The notes under the pieces are model-generated. The model was not told the DNA's origin and ran no database searches. It saw only the letters and a program-made list of their open reading frames with translations. Of a stretch of DNA of 64,000 nt, positions 9,236 through 17,722 are shown piece after piece. Position 1 is the stretch's first letter, and the number at the start of each line of letters is the position of its first letter. Origin of the DNA: a virus; the IMG/VR virus record IMGVR_UViG_3300023174_000094, positions 32,001 to 96,000 of that record; one strand, given 5' to 3'. The position numbers and the translations under genes are program-made.

Positions 9236-9814
9236 ATGGCAGTTACAACTGCAAATATTGTCGTAGGTGAAGCAGCTGTTAAAGTCGGTGCTTCAAACAT
9301 TACTATGACGAATAGTGATTTTGATGCATTGAGTGACATTGGCGCAACCCAAGGTGGTGTTGAAATTTCATGGGAACCAGATATGGTTGACATTGAGATT
9401 GACCAGTACGGTGACGCAGCTAAGGTTATTCAATCAAAGGTTAAAGTTATGTTGAAGACAACATTGGCTGAAGCAACGCTGAACAACTTGGCAATTGCTT
9501 GGAGCTATGACAGAGCAGACAATGGTGCTGATATCAAAGTGAATAACGATGGTGCCAACACTAAGACTTTCATGTTCGGTTCACAGAGCGTGTACCCATA
9601 CGAGTATGCATTGCAGATCGTTGGAAACGCACCAGGTTCAACCGCATCGGTTACGAAGACTCGTAAATTTAACACTAAGCGAGCAGTTTCGTTTGAATCG
9701 TCAATGATTTCAATGAAGAGAGCAGAGGCAACGATGTTCGCTGTTTCATTCCGTATTCTCCCTAACCCAGTAGATACGGGTTATGAGTACGGCAAGATTA
9801 TTGATCAATCGTAA
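9236..9814 (+). CDS. Major tail (tube) protein
   Basis: Strong SD AGGAGG; NIVVG.A, DIGATQGGVEISWEP, TTLAEATLNNL motifs; followed by terminator, chaperones and tape measure. Confidence 0.85.
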   Translation: MAVTTANIVVGEAAVKVGASNITMTNSDFDALSDIGATQGGVEISWEPDMVDIEIDQYGDAAKVIQSKVKVMLKTTLAEATLNNLAIAWSYDRADNGADIKVNNDGANTKTFMFGSQSVYPYEYALQIVGNAPGSTASVTKTRKFNTKRAVSFESSMISMKRAEATMFAVSFRILPNPVDTGYEYGKIIDQS

Positions 9815-9845
9815 TATAAAAATATAGTTGTACCAAACTTAGGCG

Positions 9846-9888
9846 AACCCCTTGATGACTGTGGTATCATAGTTAATCAAGGGGTTTT
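9846..9888 (+). terminator. Intrinsic terminator-like hairpin containing an extended -10 element
   Basis: aaccccttgat/atcaaggggtt stem followed by T residues; TGGTATCAT at 9862-9870 inside. Confidence 0.65.
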
Positions 9889-9918
9889 CCCTATTTTAAA
9901 TTACAAGGATGGTATTAA

Positions 9919-10233
9919 GTGAACGCAAAAAATATTGATCTTTTCAAGGGTACAGAAATTGTATTCGCTGATGGAAAGACAAGAGTTGTTAAGCCTCTTA
10001 CAATTCGTCACTTGCGAGAGTTCATGAAGGTTGCTAACGAAATGAAGGCAACTGATGAATCTGGAATGACGGATGAAGATATTGACAGAATGGTGCAAGC
10101 AGCATCGGTAGCTCTTAGAAAAGCTGACCCAGAGCTTGCTAGCAATCTCTCTGCATTAGAAGACGCTCTTGACCTCCGTTGCTTCGGTGAAATTATGGCT
10201 GCAGCAATGGGTACAGACCCAAACCTAGCGTAG
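9919..10233 (+). CDS. Tail assembly chaperone (G)
   Basis: Between major tail and tape measure genes; VKPLTIRHLREFM motif. Confidence 0.8.
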   Translation: MNAKNIDLFKGTEIVFADGKTRVVKPLTIRHLREFMKVANEMKATDESGMTDEDIDRMVQAASVALRKADPELASNLSALEDALDLRCFGEIMAAAMGTDPNLA

Positions 10234-10556
10234 GGGATGGGGGCGATGAGCCCTTCGTTTGGGATGAAATCCCCTTATTAAAGTATGAAGCAGAAATATT
10301 AACTCAAGTTGGTGCTTGGAAAAGTCTAGAAGAGTTAGAAGACTCTTTAATCCTTCATGAGATGTTTTTACTTTATCGTGCATGCGCATATCACTTCTCA
10401 AAAGATGTGAAAGGTAGTGCGGTTGCATTTGGAGGAGAGGTTGACTGGGATGACGATTGGTATGACCCAGCACCTTCTGTTAAAGCACAGGATGTTATCA
10501 GAGCCTGGGATATTCCTCAGATGGCAATTGGTCTTGGCTATGAGTCAAGCGTTTAA
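9919..10556 (+). CDS. Tail assembly chaperone (GT), -1 frameshift product
   Basis: C CCA AAC at 10218-10224; -1 frame open (PSVGDGGDEPFVWDEIPLLKYEAE...) into ORF 10362..10556. Confidence 0.8.
10218..10274 (+). other. Programmed -1 frameshift signal (slippery heptamer plus downstream stem)
   Basis: XXXYYYZ = CCCAAAC; GGGGAT(10232-10237)/ATCCCC(10269-10274) enclosing GGGC/GCCC. Confidence 0.75.
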
Positions 10557-10560
10557 TTTA

Positions 10561-10589
10561 TTGCTTTTTTCTTCATATAATGTGATAAT
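10561..10589 (+). promoter_or_regulatory. SigA-like promoter upstream of tape measure gene
   Basis: TTGCTT - 17 nt - GATAAT with extended TG. Confidence 0.5.
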
Positions 10590-10604
10590 TATATTGGTAC
10601 AACT

Positions 10605-13600
10605 ATGGCTGATATAGATCTAATTATTGCGGTACATACCGATGGCATTAAGCAGGTAACTGATCTTAGTGCTTCTTTACGCAATCTTGCGGCTAATGTT
10701 TCTGGTATTACTGTGCCAATGTCTAAGCTTGATTCGCACACAAGAGCTCTGAATAAGGCTCTTGGTATGGGCACTAGGGGTGCTAAAGAACACGCTACAT
10801 CCTTTAAGGGTTTAATACAAAACCAAAAGACCTTAAGCATTGAAACTAAAAACCTGACCAAAGATATAAAGGCAATGAACGCCATTATCAAGGCTGGTCA
10901 TACAACTGATATCATAAACCCTGCTACCGTAGCAAACCTTAAGACACTACAGACGACATTGAAAAATATGCGTTTGAGAGCTTTTAGCTCTGATATGCAA
11001 AGTATCGGGTTGAATTTAAAGAAGCTTGGCAAAGACGCTCAGTTCGTTGGTAGAAGCTTGATGATTAACCTCACAGCGCCATTTACCTTAATGGCTCGCT
11101 ATGGGCTTAAGGCTCTAACAGATATTGATAAAGAAGCGGTTCGTTTAACAAAAGTTATGGATGGCGTTGCTATGTCTATTGAACAAGCAATGGCTAAAAC
11201 TGGTCAAGACGCATCTTCTCCACTAGTTCAGAAATTAGTTAAAAACTATCAAGAGTTGAATGATGCTTTAACTGCTACAAGTGCTAAGTATGGCATTGCT
11301 AAGTCGCTAACTATTGGGCTTGCAGCCGACTTTGCTGAACTGGGTATCGGCGCTAAAGAAAGCGTTGCTGCCATTACAGAGTTAACAGCGGCTACTGAAA
11401 AACTTGGTGGTATGGATATATCACAATCTCAAGACCTGATTCAGGCAATGTACTTCCAGTCAATCAGGGCTTTTGACCAAGCTGGTAGGTCATTTGTTAG
11501 CGCTGCAGCAAAAGAAAAAGCAGCTATTGAATCAAGCACTGCTCAATTGCAAATGTTTAACGCAATTGAAAACACTACAGCGCTAACAATGCGTGACCTG
11601 GGTGATGCATTCCCAGAAGTTGCGTCAATGGCAACAACATTTGGTTTGTCAATGACAGAGGCTGCTGCGATGTTAGCGCCAATGAAAGCTGCTGGTCTTG
11701 AGGTTGGCGCTTCAGCTAACGCTATTAAAGTCTCTTTGCAGAGAATAGTTGCTCCGACAAAAGCTAATGCTGAAATGCTCGCTTCTCTTTCTGAGTCTTA
11801 CAAGAATACTACTCAGGGATCGCAGGCGTTTAATAATGCGACAAGATCTGGTCTTACTGGTTTGCTGGGAATTGTTGAATCATTCACTGCTGTAAAAGAT
11901 TCTTCTGCTGGAATGGAAGGTGCAATGCAGATGATGGCAAAAATCTTTGGTGTCCGTCAAGGACCAAGAATGATGATTGCTATCCAGCAGCTTGCTCAAT
12001 TCAATGATGAACTAAGAAAAGCAGATCCTCTAGGTCAAAGCGTAGCCAAGACTCTCGTTAATCTTGCTAACGGAGCAAGTAATAGTTCCAAGCTTGCTAT
12101 TAAAAATTTTACTGATATTGGAGTTATTGCGAGAGTAGCAACAGCACAAGTTGGTCAACAAGTTGAAAACTTTGGTGTTGTTACTGTAAAAGATATTAAA
12201 GATGCTAACGCTGCTAGAAAAGCGGTTGCTGATGAGATTTTAAGAGCGAACAGAGAAGGTCGTGACATCATGTCTGAGATCAATACTGAGGCTGGTCGTT
12301 CAATGATTGTTGAACTTGCTGGTTCTGCGAGCGCATCTGTTTTGGCGCAAAGAGAATTGGATGCTTCATTAAAGTCTCTTGATGTTACTATTTCAAAAAT
12401 TAAAAATAATTTTAAAATATTTGCCGCTGACTTGCTCAATAGCACAAGACCTGCAATTGAAAAGATTGCAGAGGTGACAGGTAAGTTGATTGATAAATGG
12501 AATAGCTTGTCAGCCACAACAAAGAAAACTGTAGGCGTTCTTGTTATGTCAATCATGGGAGCGCTCGCAGCGATTGGTCCATTGATTCTTGCTTTTGGTA
12601 CATTGAGTTCTGTAACTGGCATTGCTATGCGAGGAATATTTAAGTTTATACCAAGTCTAAAAAATGCTGAAGGTGGTTTCATTGGACTAGCAGACGCTAT
12701 TGGTAAGTCTGGAAATAAACTTGATGCACTATATAACTCTTTTACTGAAGGGAAGGGGCTCCTTGTACGAAGCACTTCTGGAATAGCCGCTGCTGCTGGC
12801 TTGCCGATGGGACCAGGTGCTACTGCAGCCGCAGCAGCCGCAGGGACTACTCCGCCATCACGCCCATTTAAATTTGCAAGAGTCAAGGGTGTTATTACTC
12901 AAGTCGGTGGTGTTGGTATTCCTGCTCCTGGTGGTGTTGGACCAGCTATGCCAGGAAGCACAAGAGGTCTCACAGCCGCTAGAAGAGCTTATGCATTAGA
13001 AGAGATGGCTTTAACAGATAGGGCTGGAATTACCACAACGAGAACAGGAAGATTTCAGCAATCACCAACTCTCGGCATCAGAGACAGATTTAGACAATTA
13101 CGCACTGGAGCAGCGCCTGGAAGATCATTTATTCCTACATCAGTTGTTAATGATGCAATGGAAAGAAGGCTATCTGCATTTGACAGAGCTGGCATTACAC
13201 GAGGAGCGGGTAGTGGTCAGTTGTTCAATGCAAGAGGTCGTGCATTAAGTGAAGATCGTGCTCTTAGAATAGCAAGAGGTGGTGTTGGTGGTCGTATTTC
13301 CAGTGTTCTCCAAAGAGGTAAAGAGGCACGAGATGCTATGGCTGGAGCAACGCCTGGTAGTGTTGGTAGAGGAGTGTTGGCTGGTCAAAGAAGATTGATG
13401 ACTCAACCTTTTACATCAGCAAAAGGATTGGCAACTGCTGGGATTGGAAAAGTAAAAGATCTTGATGTATACAAAAATGCATTGACAAGAGTTGCTGAGG
13501 CACAAAAGCAATTGCGCATTGACCAGGCAGCTTTTGGTAAAGGTGCAGTCTCAACCTTCAGTCAGGCAAAAACTTCATTGATGGCTTTTATGAATACTCA

Positions 13601-16241
13601 GAAGCTAGCAACGGTTGTAGCTAAATTATTTAGGGTAGCGATGGTAAGTAGTGGAATCGGTATTGTTCTTCTTGCAATTGGTGTAGCAATTTATGCTGTG
13701 ATGAAAAACTTTGATAAGTTTAAGGCAGTTGCTAGTAGCGGAATAGAAAAGGTAAAAGTAGCTTTTAAGATTCTAAAAGGCGCAGCTATGGAGATAATTA
13801 GACCATTCGTTGACCTGTTTGCAATATTTGGTAAAGGTGGAGAAAGTGGAGCTGGCGCTGCTGAAGGAATTGGTGCTGCATTTAATAAAATAGCTAGTGT
13901 TATTGAGTTCCTTGCAAAGATGGTTCATCGCTTCGTAACTCAATTTATACAACCATATCTCTATATGATTATCAATATCGTAATGGCTGTTGTTGAAGCA
14001 TTCAAGGGTAATTGGAGCAAGGCGTTTGATTATGTAAAAGCTGCATTTGGATTCTTTATTGAGCTTCTTGTTAATGGCATTGCTCTTGGAATAAAAATAA
14101 TTCTAAAATCAGTCGGATTGTTGGCAAAGGGAATGATCAGTCTATTTGGTATGGCAATTAAGGTATGGATTGAAATTGCATTTGCTGGCGTTACATTAAT
14201 TATGAAAGCCATATCTTTTATTCCAGGAATTGGAAGCAAAATAAATAATGCATACAGAGGTGTAATTAATGGAATAAAGGGAACGGTTGACGCTGTAACT
14301 GGAGCTGTTAATGGTGGTATTGATGCAACAATAAATGGAATGTCAGGGCTGGTTGACGCTGGTGCTAAAGCCGTTAAGGGCTCACTAAAGGGCTTGAAGG
14401 GCTCTGGTGTTAAGCAGTCAACTGGAAAGATGTTTGATGGATCAAAGAAAGTTGCTAAGACCAAGGGTGATGAAGTTGGTAAAGTCTATAATGAAGCAAT
14501 CACCAACACTGTTGGAGATGGCTTACCTGAATCGGTAAAGAACGCTACTGGAAAAGCGTTTAATGATTCAGTAAAAGATCTTGCCCAGAAACTTCAAGAT
14601 TATGTTAAGGGTGAAATGTCTAATGCCCTTAGCAAACTGCAAAAAGATCTTGAAGCTTCATTGAAGAAGCAAAAAGATGCCGCTCTTGCAGTTTATGATT
14701 CACAAATTGATACTCTTGACAAGCTAGCTAAAGCAGAAGAGTCTCTTACAAAGACAAAAGAGTATGAAGCGACTAGAAGACAGGCTATTGAAGAAAGAGC
14801 ACTCCAGTCTCAGAATTATATTAGAAATCGTGCTCTTGCGATTTATGAGGGAAGAATTGATGATGCAAGAATGCTTGATCTTCAGGATCGCAAAGATGCA
14901 GCAGATAGTGCAAAGTCAATTGGTGAAATTGATTCCTCAAGAAAGAAAGAGCTTGCTGCAGAAAACCTTGATGCATTAAAGAGTGCAATCACAACTGCAA
15001 GAGAAGAGGCAGATAAATTCTTTGACACCACTGCTGAAAAATTTGGCAACGCTGCTTCTGAAATTCTTAAGTTCCCTCCAGTAACAAAGCAAGATTATAT
15101 TGACCAGATGACATCACTTACCGAGTTGGCTAAAAAAACAGCTAACGATAGTGGAACTGAATTTTCAAAAATGTTTGATGACTTTGCATCAACAATAAGT
15201 AGCAAGATGCCAAATGATGTTGTTGGTGCATTTACAACAAATCTTGATGATTTGGTCAAAGTTGCTGTTGATAAATATGGTCTTGGAAAAGGAACTGCTG
15301 ACAGCAGTACTGTGATTGGTTCAACGATTGGAATGCTCATGGATATGGGCGGAGCTATGGGTGATAATAAGCAATTCGTTGTTGACACTTTTGGAGAAAT
15401 AACAACTGGTATTAAAGATAACGCATCTGATGGTTTTAAAGAAATCACAACGCTTATCTACAGTGGATTCGTAGCAGACTTTAATAAAGCAGTAACTGAT
15501 GCTGATCCAACGACTGTTTATCAGAAGGCGATCAAAGATGGCAATAAGGCAATCTTGGATGACTTTAGAAATACTGTTGGCGGTGTTGGTTCTGAAGTTG
15601 AGAATATGAAGGACTTGCTTGATCCTTTAGTTAAGAAGTGGGCATTGCTTGAAGCTCAAGCAAAAGCCGCTGGTGATGCTCAAGCAGCAGCTGCTTCTGG
15701 TGGAGGCGGTGAAACACCTGGCTCAGCAACATTTACTGGGGGTACATACGGTGGAATAAATATGGGCTCAAGAAGTTCTGCCTATTGGAATTCTGTTAAT
15801 ACCGCACTAGGGATAATTCCATCAAGAAGTTCAGTCCTTTCCCCAACAATAGGTCCAAAATGGATGGGTGGAGGTATTCCTAAGTTTGCTACTGGTGGTT
15901 ATTTGAACAAAGCAATGTCACAATCAATACCAGCGCTACTTCATGGTGGTGAATATATTATGAGCGCAAAAGCTGTGCAGAGTATTGGAGCCGCAACTCT
16001 GCAGAACCTTAACAATATGAGATTTAATGCGCCAAGGAATTCAGCACCAAATGGTGGACAAAATGTAACTATGTCAACACAGAATACAAATATTTATGTT
16101 GATAACTTTATTGGTGAAGAAGAATGGTTTAACTCAATGATGAAGGAGTACAATGTTAATGTATTGCCAAAGAATCAAAAAGCGGCTGGTGTACAACCTA
16201 GAGTTGTAAGGTCGTATAACGGAATCAACCAGGGTCTGTAA
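10605..16241 (+). CDS. Tape measure protein
   Basis: 1878 aa, Ala/Gly-rich helical, hydrophobic segments, FATGG...ALLHGGEYIM..AV motif near C-terminus; follows chaperones. Confidence 0.92.
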   Translation: MADIDLIIAVHTDGIKQVTDLSASLRNLAANVSGITVPMSKLDSHTRALNKALGMGTRGAKEHATSFKGLIQNQKTLSIETKNLTKDIKAMNAIIKAGHTTDIINPATVANLKTLQTTLKNMRLRAFSSDMQSIGLNLKKLGKDAQFVGRSLMINLTAPFTLMARYGLKALTDIDKEAVRLTKVMDGVAMSIEQAMAKTGQDASSPLVQKLVKNYQELNDALTATSAKYGIAKSLTIGLAADFAELGIGAKESVAAITELTAATEKLGGMDISQSQDLIQAMYFQSIRAFDQAGRSFVSAAAKEKAAIESSTAQLQMFNAIENTTALTMRDLGDAFPEVASMATTFGLSMTEAAAMLAPMKAAGLEVGASANAIKVSLQRIVAPTKANAEMLASLSESYKNTTQGSQAFNNATRSGLTGLLGIVESFTAVKDSSAGMEGAMQMMAKIFGVRQGPRMMIAIQQLAQFNDELRKADPLGQSVAKTLVNLANGASNSSKLAIKNFTDIGVIARVATAQVGQQVENFGVVTVKDIKDANAARKAVADEILRANREGRDIMSEINTEAGRSMIVELAGSASASVLAQRELDASLKSLDVTISKIKNNFKIFAADLLNSTRPAIEKIAEVTGKLIDKWNSLSATTKKTVGVLVMSIMGALAAIGPLILAFGTLSSVTGIAMRGIFKFIPSLKNAEGGFIGLADAIGKSGNKLDALYNSFTEGKGLLVRSTSGIAAAAGLPMGPGATAAAAAAGTTPPSRPFKFARVKGVITQVGGVGIPAPGGVGPAMPGSTRGLTAARRAYALEEMALTDRAGITTTRTGRFQQSPTLGIRDRFRQLRTGAAPGRSFIPTSVVNDAMERRLSAFDRAGITRGAGSGQLFNARGRALSEDRALRIARGGVGGRISSVLQRGKEARDAMAGATPGSVGRGVLAGQRRLMTQPFTSAKGLATAGIGKVKDLDVYKNALTRVAEAQKQLRIDQAAFGKGAVSTFSQAKTSLMAFMNTQKLATVVAKLFRVAMVSSGIGIVLLAIGVAIYAVMKNFDKFKAVASSGIEKVKVAFKILKGAAMEIIRPFVDLFAIFGKGGESGAGAAEGIGAAFNKIASVIEFLAKMVHRFVTQFIQPYLYMIINIVMAVVEAFKGNWSKAFDYVKAAFGFFIELLVNGIALGIKIILKSVGLLAKGMISLFGMAIKVWIEIAFAGVTLIMKAISFIPGIGSKINNAYRGVINGIKGTVDAVTGAVNGGIDATINGMSGLVDAGAKAVKGSLKGLKGSGVKQSTGKMFDGSKKVAKTKGDEVGKVYNEAITNTVGDGLPESVKNATGKAFNDSVKDLAQKLQDYVKGEMSNALSKLQKDLEASLKKQKDAALAVYDSQIDTLDKLAKAEESLTKTKEYEATRRQAIEERALQSQNYIRNRALAIYEGRIDDARMLDLQDRKDAADSAKSIGEIDSSRKKELAAENLDALKSAITTAREEADKFFDTTAEKFGNAASEILKFPPVTKQDYIDQMTSLTELAKKTANDSGTEFSKMFDDFASTISSKMPNDVVGAFTTNLDDLVKVAVDKYGLGKGTADSSTVIGSTIGMLMDMGGAMGDNKQFVVDTFGEITTGIKDNASDGFKEITTLIYSGFVADFNKAVTDADPTTVYQKAIKDGNKAILDDFRNTVGGVGSEVENMKDLLDPLVKKWALLEAQAKAAGDAQAAAASGGGGETPGSATFTGGTYGGINMGSRSSAYWNSVNTALGIIPSRSSVLSPTIGPKWMGGGIPKFATGGYLNKAMSQSIPALLHGGEYIMSAKAVQSIGAATLQNLNNMRFNAPRNSAPNGGQNVTMSTQNTNIYVDNFIGEEEWFNSMMKEYNVNVLPKNQKAAGVQPRVVRSYNGINQGL

Positions 16242-16660
16242 TGCCTGCTATCCAAAATCAATTACCAACTTTAGTCAATGTAATAAAACTCAATGGCACT
16301 GAAATAACCGAGCATGGCAGAACACTATCAACATCGGTTGATAGCAATTCATCTGATGTAATGATGAATAATGGAAACAAAAAAAGATATATTAAGTCAG
16401 CAAAGAATACATATAGCCTTAGCTATTATTATCTCCCAAGCAATACTGATAAAACCATTGATGGTCGGGTTGGCAGAGATTATTTAATCTCTCTAATGTC
16501 GTACAGGGGTAAAATAACTCTATCAATTGACATTGATCCAAATGAACCACCATTCACAACATATGTCTACGCAGACTCATACTCAGAAGAGCTGGTAAGA
16601 AGAGATATTAAAACAGACTGTTCATATTACAATGTGCAAGTCTCGTTCAGAGAGGCTTAA
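16241..16660 (+). CDS. Distal tail (Dit-like) minor tail protein
   Basis: Directly after tape measure; paralogous to C-terminal part of next gene. Confidence 0.6.
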   Translation: MPAIQNQLPTLVNVIKLNGTEITEHGRTLSTSVDSNSSDVMMNNGNKKRYIKSAKNTYSLSYYYLPSNTDKTIDGRVGRDYLISLMSYRGKITLSIDIDPNEPPFTTYVYADSYSEELVRRDIKTDCSYYNVQVSFREA

Positions 16661-17722
16661 ATGTCTGATAATAGCCTATATTCATTCTCAGACCCATTTA
16701 GCCGTGGTATAGATTTTTACCAAGCTGATGAAGCTGATGTCTTTATTGAGATTCAAGTCAGTTCGGGTCTAACTGTTTCGCTCATCAATATTATTAATAT
16801 TGCCTCAGACATATCTGCGTCAGCTTCGCTAGACACATCTTTTACAAAGATAGCCTATGCAGCGGCGGATCTGTCTGTAGATGGCGCAACCGTAATTGTT
16901 GCAACAGAAAGGCAAGATGGTTCAGTAAGCATTTCTGGCGATATATCTGTTAGTACAAATATTACAAAAATTGCATATTCTGATTCTTCAATTTCTGCAA
17001 ATTCAGACATCTCTGTTAACAGCATAGGGTTGCGTATATCTCAGATTTCCATTGAAGCCAATTCTAATGTGGTATCTTCAATTCTTAAATTTGCTCATTT
17101 AAACACAGCGCTTTCATCAAATACAGATGTTTCAGCGTCTGGAACATCAATTAAGTTTGCATCAGCAAACCTTTCTGGGTCTGTAAATCTAAGCACTATC
17201 GGAAGAATTTCTCTTGCAACAATCAAAATTGTTCTCTTACAAAATACAAATGTTAGTGCTAAGTTTGTTAAGTTTAGCTCGGTAACTGGTGTTGATTCAA
17301 GCTCAATAAGAACATTATTGATACTTGATGGAAAGCCATTGACAAACCAAAACAGAACTTTGAATGTATCCTCAATGCCTGTGTTTATTGAAAATAGAAA
17401 TTGGGCTGGTGATAGTTCAAGATATTATAAAAATCAATCATCTGCGGATAAAAAGTCATTCAGTATAAACTGGAGATTTATTCCTAACTTTAGAGAATTC
17501 ACTGTTGATGAAAGACACTCAAGGGACTACCTTAGAAAAATATCATTAGACCCAGATGTTCACCAATTAAAAGTTATTAATCAAGATTCTGATGGGGCTA
17601 CTCCATATACAGAAACTGTTTATAATGTCTTTATTAAAGACTTTTCTGAAAATTTAATTAGAAGAGATATGGTTGATAATGTATACTATTTTGATTGCTC
17701 TATTTCGTTAGAGGAGGTGTAG
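16661..17722 (+). CDS. Minor tail protein (Ser/Ile-rich repeats plus Dit-like C-terminal domain)
   Basis: Low-complexity repeats of about 21 aa; C-terminal ~135 aa aligns by eye with 16241..16660. Confidence 0.6.
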   Translation: MSDNSLYSFSDPFSRGIDFYQADEADVFIEIQVSSGLTVSLINIINIASDISASASLDTSFTKIAYAAADLSVDGATVIVATERQDGSVSISGDISVSTNITKIAYSDSSISANSDISVNSIGLRISQISIEANSNVVSSILKFAHLNTALSSNTDVSASGTSIKFASANLSGSVNLSTIGRISLATIKIVLLQNTNVSAKFVKFSSVTGVDSSSIRTLLILDGKPLTNQNRTLNVSSMPVFIENRNWAGDSSRYYKNQSSADKKSFSINWRFIPNFREFTVDERHSRDYLRKISLDPDVHQLKVINQDSDGATPYTETVYNVFIKDFSENLIRRDMVDNVYYFDCSISLEEV

